From Candidatus Saccharimonadota bacterium (GTDB lineage: Bacteria; Patescibacteriota; Patescibacteriia; 2-12-FULL-60-25), in assembly GCA_022843095.1 (NCBI GenBank), contig JALHOH010000001.1, positions 60,001-92,000 on the forward strand: DNA of 32,000 nt, in the 5' to 3' direction. Shown here one piece after another: positions 30,080-32,000 of this stretch (position 1 is the first letter of the stretch; every line of letters begins with the position of its first letter). A program made the position numbers and the translations under genes. The notes under the pieces were generated by a model. The model did no database searches and had not been told where the DNA came from. It worked only from the letters and a program-made list of their open reading frames with translations.

Positions 30080-32000
30080 TTAGCGTTTCTTCTTCATCGA
30101 AGAAAGAAACGCTGTGACCGCATCCGCCGAAGCGGGTGCGGTCGAGTTCTTTGCCTCCGGCGCCGGCGCTTTTGGCGCGGGCGAGGGCGGAACGGGCTTC
30201 GGCGCCGCTTTCGACGGCTCCGAAACCACGCTTACTTCCATCGGGATGATCTCACGACCATCCCGGTAGAAGATCACGGGGTAGATCATAGCGGGCTTCT
30301 GGGTATCCCCATAAGCCCAGCCAATCGCCCACACCCCGTCGGTGAGCGTCGTGGGAAGGATCACCGTCCCCTCCCAGTTGACGTTCCCCTTCCAGGACAA
30401 ATCACGGACGGTGATCCGAAGCCCTGGAACGGTTTCGATCCAGAAGCGTTCCTTTCGCCGCTCATCGAGCGACTCCAGGCGGGATTCGGCGGCGCCCTTC
30501 GCGGGAAACACCTCGAACCCCTCGGCTTTTTTGCCGCTGCTTACGTAGACGCGGCCAGCGTCCACGAGCAGAAAGATCTGTCCTTGCGGAAGCGATTGGA
30601 TCTTCTCCAAGATCGTGTCGCGTCGCGCAAAGGCCTCTTGCTGCGCCCTCGCCTCTTCGGCTTTCTTATCAGCCAAAGATTTGAGTGCCGCTACCGCCTC
30701 GCCAAGAAGCGCATTGGCCTCCTGCGTCCAGGTCTGGAGGTCTTCCAGTCCGGACGGCAGGTACTCGTAACGCTTGCTGTCGACGCGCGAACGGAGGTCG
30801 CCGTCCAGATCGTACCAACCCTCGCGGGACTGGACGCTCCGGAGCGACTCCTGCGCTGCCTCGGCCATGGCCTTGGTCTCGTCGAACTGCTTCTGCTTGA
30901 TCGCCTCCTCGCGGATGCTCTCGAGCTTGGCAGCCGACTTCGCACGCGCGGCATTGGCCTCCTCGCGAACCTGGAACCACTTGCCCTCGAACCAGGGGTC
31001 CGAGGAGTAGTACCGGTAGTCCTTGAGGTCGACCGCGCCAAAGGCGACGAGTGACGTTCCGTCGATGACCGAGATGCCGTACCGGCATTCGATGATCTCC
31101 GGAACGACCGACGTCGGATCGGCGGGGTCCGGCAGCCCGATGGCCGGACGGCCTTCGGTCGGCCAGTTGTCCCAGAGGCACTTGTTCGCGCGGCTCACGC
31201 AGCGCGTCTTGAGCTCCGGGATGTCCCGGCCGCTGACGGTGTCGTAGTAGCCGAAGGGCACTACGACTTCCACCACGCGACCTCCCGGGAGCTTGACCCC
31301 CGCGTCCGGCAGCTCGCGCCAGCCGTGCGCGGTGATCGTGTCTCGATCGAGCGTAATCCGCGGGGTGTGACCCTCACGGTACTCGACCCGGAACGTCCGA
31401 CCGATCACCGTGATCTCGTCGGGGTTCTCGCCCATGACGAGCTCGACCAATTCCGCGTCGGGCGCGGGTGGCTCGAGCGCTGCAGGGTCAACGACCTCTG
31501 CCATTCGCCGAGCGCCACAAAGACACTTCTTCAGATAGGCGCCGACCTCCTCCGGACTCATCACCGTGAAGATCGTCTCGCCAGCACGCGTGTTGAGCGC
31601 GCGAGCTTCAGTCTGCGCGTAGCGCGGTTGTGCCGCGAGCCACGCGCAGAAGATGTTTGCCGCCTCGACGTGCTCGGGATCGGCGACCGCCTCCTCCTTG
31701 ATCTTCTGCCCGTTGAAGAACGTCTCGGTGGTCGAAACCACGGAGTCCTTCGCCGAGTCGAAGTACGGGCGGAGACCGGTCTTCCGCTCCACGAGCTGCG
31801 GGGCGACGTCGGCGAGCAGCTGCGGATCGACCGCCGTGGCCATCGAGACGAGGCGCAGGGTCACGAGACGACCCCGACGATCCTTGATCTGGATGTCCTT
31901 CGGTAGGCCGACGAGCCACTCGGGACCGCCGCGCACGACCGACTCACGCGCGAGCTCGCGCTCGACCGGCGAACCGTTGATGTACCGGCCGTACTGGCTC
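30080..32000 (-). CDS. C-terminal part of a DEAH/HrpA-like helicase with long non-canonical C-terminal region (5' end outside window)
   Basis: The frame stays open from 31936 to the window edge; the track M at 31936 is an internal GTG. GPEWLVGL...RLVSMATAVDPQLLADVAPQLVERKTGLRPYFDSAKDSVVSTTETFFNGQKI parallels the HrpA OB-fold and downstream segment (..W..ELVETSR..A.IDPEW.EP.A.HL.KR.YSEPHW....G.V.A.E.V..YG). It ends in a Pro/Ala/Lys-rich tail. The region is GC-rich. Confidence 0.45.
   Translation of the reverse strand, partial: SQYGRYINGSPVERELARESVVRGGPEWLVGLPKDIQIKDRRGRLVTLRLVSMATAVDPQLLADVAPQLVERKTGLRPYFDSAKDSVVSTTETFFNGQKIKEEAVADPEHVEAANIFCAWLAAQPRYAQTEARALNTRAGETIFTVMSPEEVGAYLKKCLCGARRMAEVVDPAALEPPAPDAELVELVMGENPDEITVIGRTFRVEYREGHTPRITLDRDTITAHGWRELPDAGVKLPGGRVVEVVVPFGYYDTVSGRDIPELKTRCVSRANKCLWDNWPTEGRPAIGLPDPADPTSVVPEIIECRYGISVIDGTSLVAFGAVDLKDYRYYSSDPWFEGKWFQVREEANAARAKSAAKLESIREEAIKQKQFDETKAMAEAAQESLRSVQSREGWYDLDGDLRSRVDSKRYEYLPSGLEDLQTWTQEANALLGEAVAALKSLADKKAEEARAQQEAFARRDTILEKIQSLPQGQIFLLVDAGRVYVSSGKKAEGFEVFPAKGAAESRLESLDERRKERFWIETVPGLRITVRDLSWKGNVNWEGTVILPTTLTDGVWAIGWAYGDTQKPAMIYPVIFYRDGREIIPMEVSVVSEPSKAAPKPVPPSPAPKAPAPEAKNSTAPASADAVTAFLSSMKKKR

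Noticed and set aside
29756-31054. 432-aa plus-strand ORF spanning the structured spacer and antisense to the helicase gene
   Set aside because: Extremely Arg-rich. It crosses four hairpins and a terminator. The minus frame continues a helicase-like sequence to the window edge.
1-32000. Searched by eye for CRISPR arrays, IS/transposase or integrase genes, rRNA, toxin-antitoxin pairs and known defence-system ATPases. Also tested the idea that only GC-rich island genes have strong Shine-Dalgarno sites.
   Set aside because: I found no regularly spaced repeats and no transposase, integrase or rRNA signatures. The Shine-Dalgarno contrast fails, because host-type genes (HD1, HD2, the kinase-fold gene and the hexapeptide-repeat gene) also have GGAGG/AAGGAG sites.

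Overview
The window is a compact, mostly housekeeping stretch of a bacterial chromosome. Hand counts of sampled 60-nt lines give roughly 47-60% G+C for the background; nothing was computed. Confident calls are tRNA-Glu(UUC), a CaCA antiporter plus a P2-type Ca-ATPase, trmD, khpA-like, rpsP, a Pif1-like helicase, smc, rbfA, nrnA-like, clpP, a SpoIID-domain protein, a MOP flippase, a yvcK-like gene and a YfbR-like HD phosphohydrolase. Genes are tightly packed, with hairpin terminators at most convergent junctions and several overlapping gene ends. The short smc, the SpoIID protein with Ig-like repeats and the small wzz-like gene are reminiscent of small-genome uncultivated bacteria, but lineage cannot be verified here. 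Three blocks are visibly more GC-rich and hold the least explicable genes. (1) 11.2-15.6 kb has three minus-strand genes encoding only Cys-rich exported proteins. Two have a signal peptide, a coiled coil and a Gly-rich beta domain, one of them ending in Phe. The third is a lipoprotein with three 46-aa eight-Cys repeats. This trio is my best candidate for an undescribed surface module. (2) 16.8-17.7 kb holds an orphan with a cold-shock-like C-terminus. (3) 30.1-32.0 kb holds the C-terminal part of an HrpA-like helicase with an unusual tail. Other leads are a cluster of an active HD gene, an atypical kinase-fold gene, a degenerate HD paralogue and an alpha/beta hydrolase (26.4-29.8 kb). There is also a densely structured 220-nt spacer (29.86-30.08 kb), a 21-nt duplicate of the tRNA-Glu 3' end, and an apparently hinge-less 738-aa SMC. 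No CRISPR array, IS element, integrase or rRNA was seen.
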